Source: Octopus sinensis
Lineage: Eukaryota
NCBI RefSeq assembly: GCF_006345805.1
Contig: NC_042997.1
Location: forward strand, 182,900,001 to 182,964,000
Direction of reading: 5' to 3'
DNA length: 64,000 nucleotides
Part shown: positions 62,215 through 64,000 of the stretch, piece by piece
Layout of the letters: the number at the start of each line of letters is the position of its first letter
How positions within the stretch are numbered: the stretch's first letter is position 1
Notes under the pieces: generated by a model
Told to the model about the DNA's origin: nothing
The model's database searches: none
The model's input: the letters and a program-made list of their open reading frames with translations, nothing else
Position numbers and translations under genes: made by a program

Positions 62215-63244
62215 TTACTCCTCCAGCTGTTTATGGCTGGCCAAGATCATTCTGCCCAGCGTGCAGCAGGACATCAATGTCTTGCTGGGGTTCAGCATCA
62301 TGATCAGGCCAACCAAGGTGGGGGACTCCCCTACATGCAGTAGTAGCATGTTGTCAATAAACAGGCCTACAATCCTTCTGTTCACCATAGACTGATGGAC
62401 GCCAGTGCCAGCAGTTTGGGCAAATGCCTTATCAATGCTGGGTTGGTGTGCTTTCTTTGCACATGGCTGTGACAACTGACTACTGGCAATGTTACCAGAA
62501 GATTGTCTGGTGTTTCCCATAGGAAGAGCCAGCCTTGATCCTCTCCTCAAACTGGAAGGCATGCACTGGGTATTTCTTCTTGACATGCTATTTCAAGTTG
62601 TAGAGACTCATCACTTGTCCTTTGATGATGGTCTCCTTGGGCTGGCACATGATGCACCGGAAGTGCAAGATATTGGCATTCCTCATATCCCTTGACATAA
62701 GGACAAAGTAGTCCTCCATGTGGGGCCATGGGTTCTGAAACTCCAGGCTTTCAACCTGAGCAACCTCTGCCTCACCCACAGCTGTTGCAGACTCCTAAAC
62801 AGGCCCTTCATCCTCAGATCAAACAAAAATGTCTTTACCTTCCATAACAAAAACTGATAACTTAATAAGCTGATAACGTACACTACTATCGCTGACACTG
62901 TAAGACTGTCTTTAGTGTGACAACGTCGTGAGTGAACACAACTCAAAACTGCAGAATTACACAATGTTGCTCAGCTAGCTGCTACTGCATTAACCAATCA
63001 CATTTTGTCATATGTACACATAGTCAGCCAATAGCATGCCTGATGGACTTTTCAAGACATGCCCACAACAGATGGGAACAAATGTATGAATTTTGTTAGA
63101 GGACTTACAGTTAATGGAACTAAAATTAGCGGAAGCTAATTGGTCTGCTAATGGTTTCCAAATTTAGTGAAAACGCTAATCCGCTATATGCAAAGGTAGC
63201 TTCATTAATTAGCTGTTAGCAGATTAGCAGAACTGTGCCCACCA

Positions 63245-63247
<3 letters not shown>
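62215..63247 (-). mobile_element. hAT transposon relic: 5' end, BED zinc finger and start of core
   Basis: GTGGTGGGCAC terminus with repeated GCTAA subterminal motifs; ATG at 62845; PWPHMEDYF...FRCIMCQP...NLK*HVKKK; frameshifted VNRRIVGLFIDNML...ESPT..GLI.MLNP. Confidence 0.8.
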
Positions 63248-63284
<37 letters not shown>

Positions 63285-63759
63285 CATCCGAACGTGGCCA
63301 ATGCCAGCACTGCCTTGGCTGGCTTCCATGCCAGCGGCACATAAAAAGCACCAACTGATCATGGCTATTGCCAGCCTCCTCTGGCTCCTGTGCTGGTGGC
63401 ACGTAAAAAGCACCAACTACACTCACAGAGTGGTTGGCATTAGGAAGGGCATCCAGCTGTAGAAATACTGCCAGATCAGTCTGGGCCTGGTGCAGCCTCC
63501 TGACCTCCCAAAACCTGGTCGAACTGTCCAACCCATGCTAGCATGGAAAACGGACGTTAAATGATGATGATGATGATGTACAATACTTTCCAGTATTTAC
63601 TCAGACACATTGAGGTTGGTTCATGCCTGGTCAACTTCGATTTTTCTTCATCCTTGAATAGTTAACAAAATAAGTATCATTAATATATTGGAATCAATAT
63701 ATTTGACAATATCACCCATCTACCCCCATTAACCTAAATACACACACACACACACACAT

Positions 63760-63797
<38 letters not shown>

Positions 63798-64000
63798 TTC
63801 CAACATTTGTCCATCTGGCAATTCAAAAAGTAATGTTGTACTGCAGTGCATTACACATGAATATACATCAATTTGGTCATGCCTTACTATGCTGACCTTT
63901 ACTAAGAAAATGACGATGATGGTGATTGAGGTGCTGGTGACGTGGTTCTGGTGATTGTAGTGATGGTGATAGTGGTGGTAGTGGCAGTGTTGGAAGGGGC

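Overview
AT-rich, repeat-dense eukaryotic genomic DNA. The repeat families suggest an octopus/coleoid cephalopod genome (inference from memory, not database-checked). The only host gene I can support is a V-type proton ATPase V0 subunit a (116 kDa, ATP6V0A1-like) on the minus strand. I traced 13 coding exons by hand (21737 to 1921; all GT-AG, phases consistent, 1548 nt = 516 codons); the gene runs off the left edge. A CpG-retaining island at about 37.3-40.1 kb, between two CpG-depleted regions, is the likely promoter and may be bidirectional. The rest is transposon-derived: a young 5'-truncated RTE LINE with an open RT+PHD ORF, a decayed EN-RT RTE copy fused to a Gypsy relic, about 20 RTE 3' ends, CR1 tails, a CRE-like relic, Penelope-like fragments, three mariner copies, piggyBac and hAT relics, Helitron-like elements, three tRNA-derived SINE families, MITEs and microsatellites. 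Best leads: a tandemly repeated H-type pseudoknot-like module in the RTE 3' UTR; minimal hammerhead-ribozyme motifs, one inside a tRNA-headed SINE-like element; a duplicated 27-nt micro-exon candidate; and an M-box/DR1-bearing candidate first exon. RNA structures and splice calls were derived by eye and need computational and expression checks.
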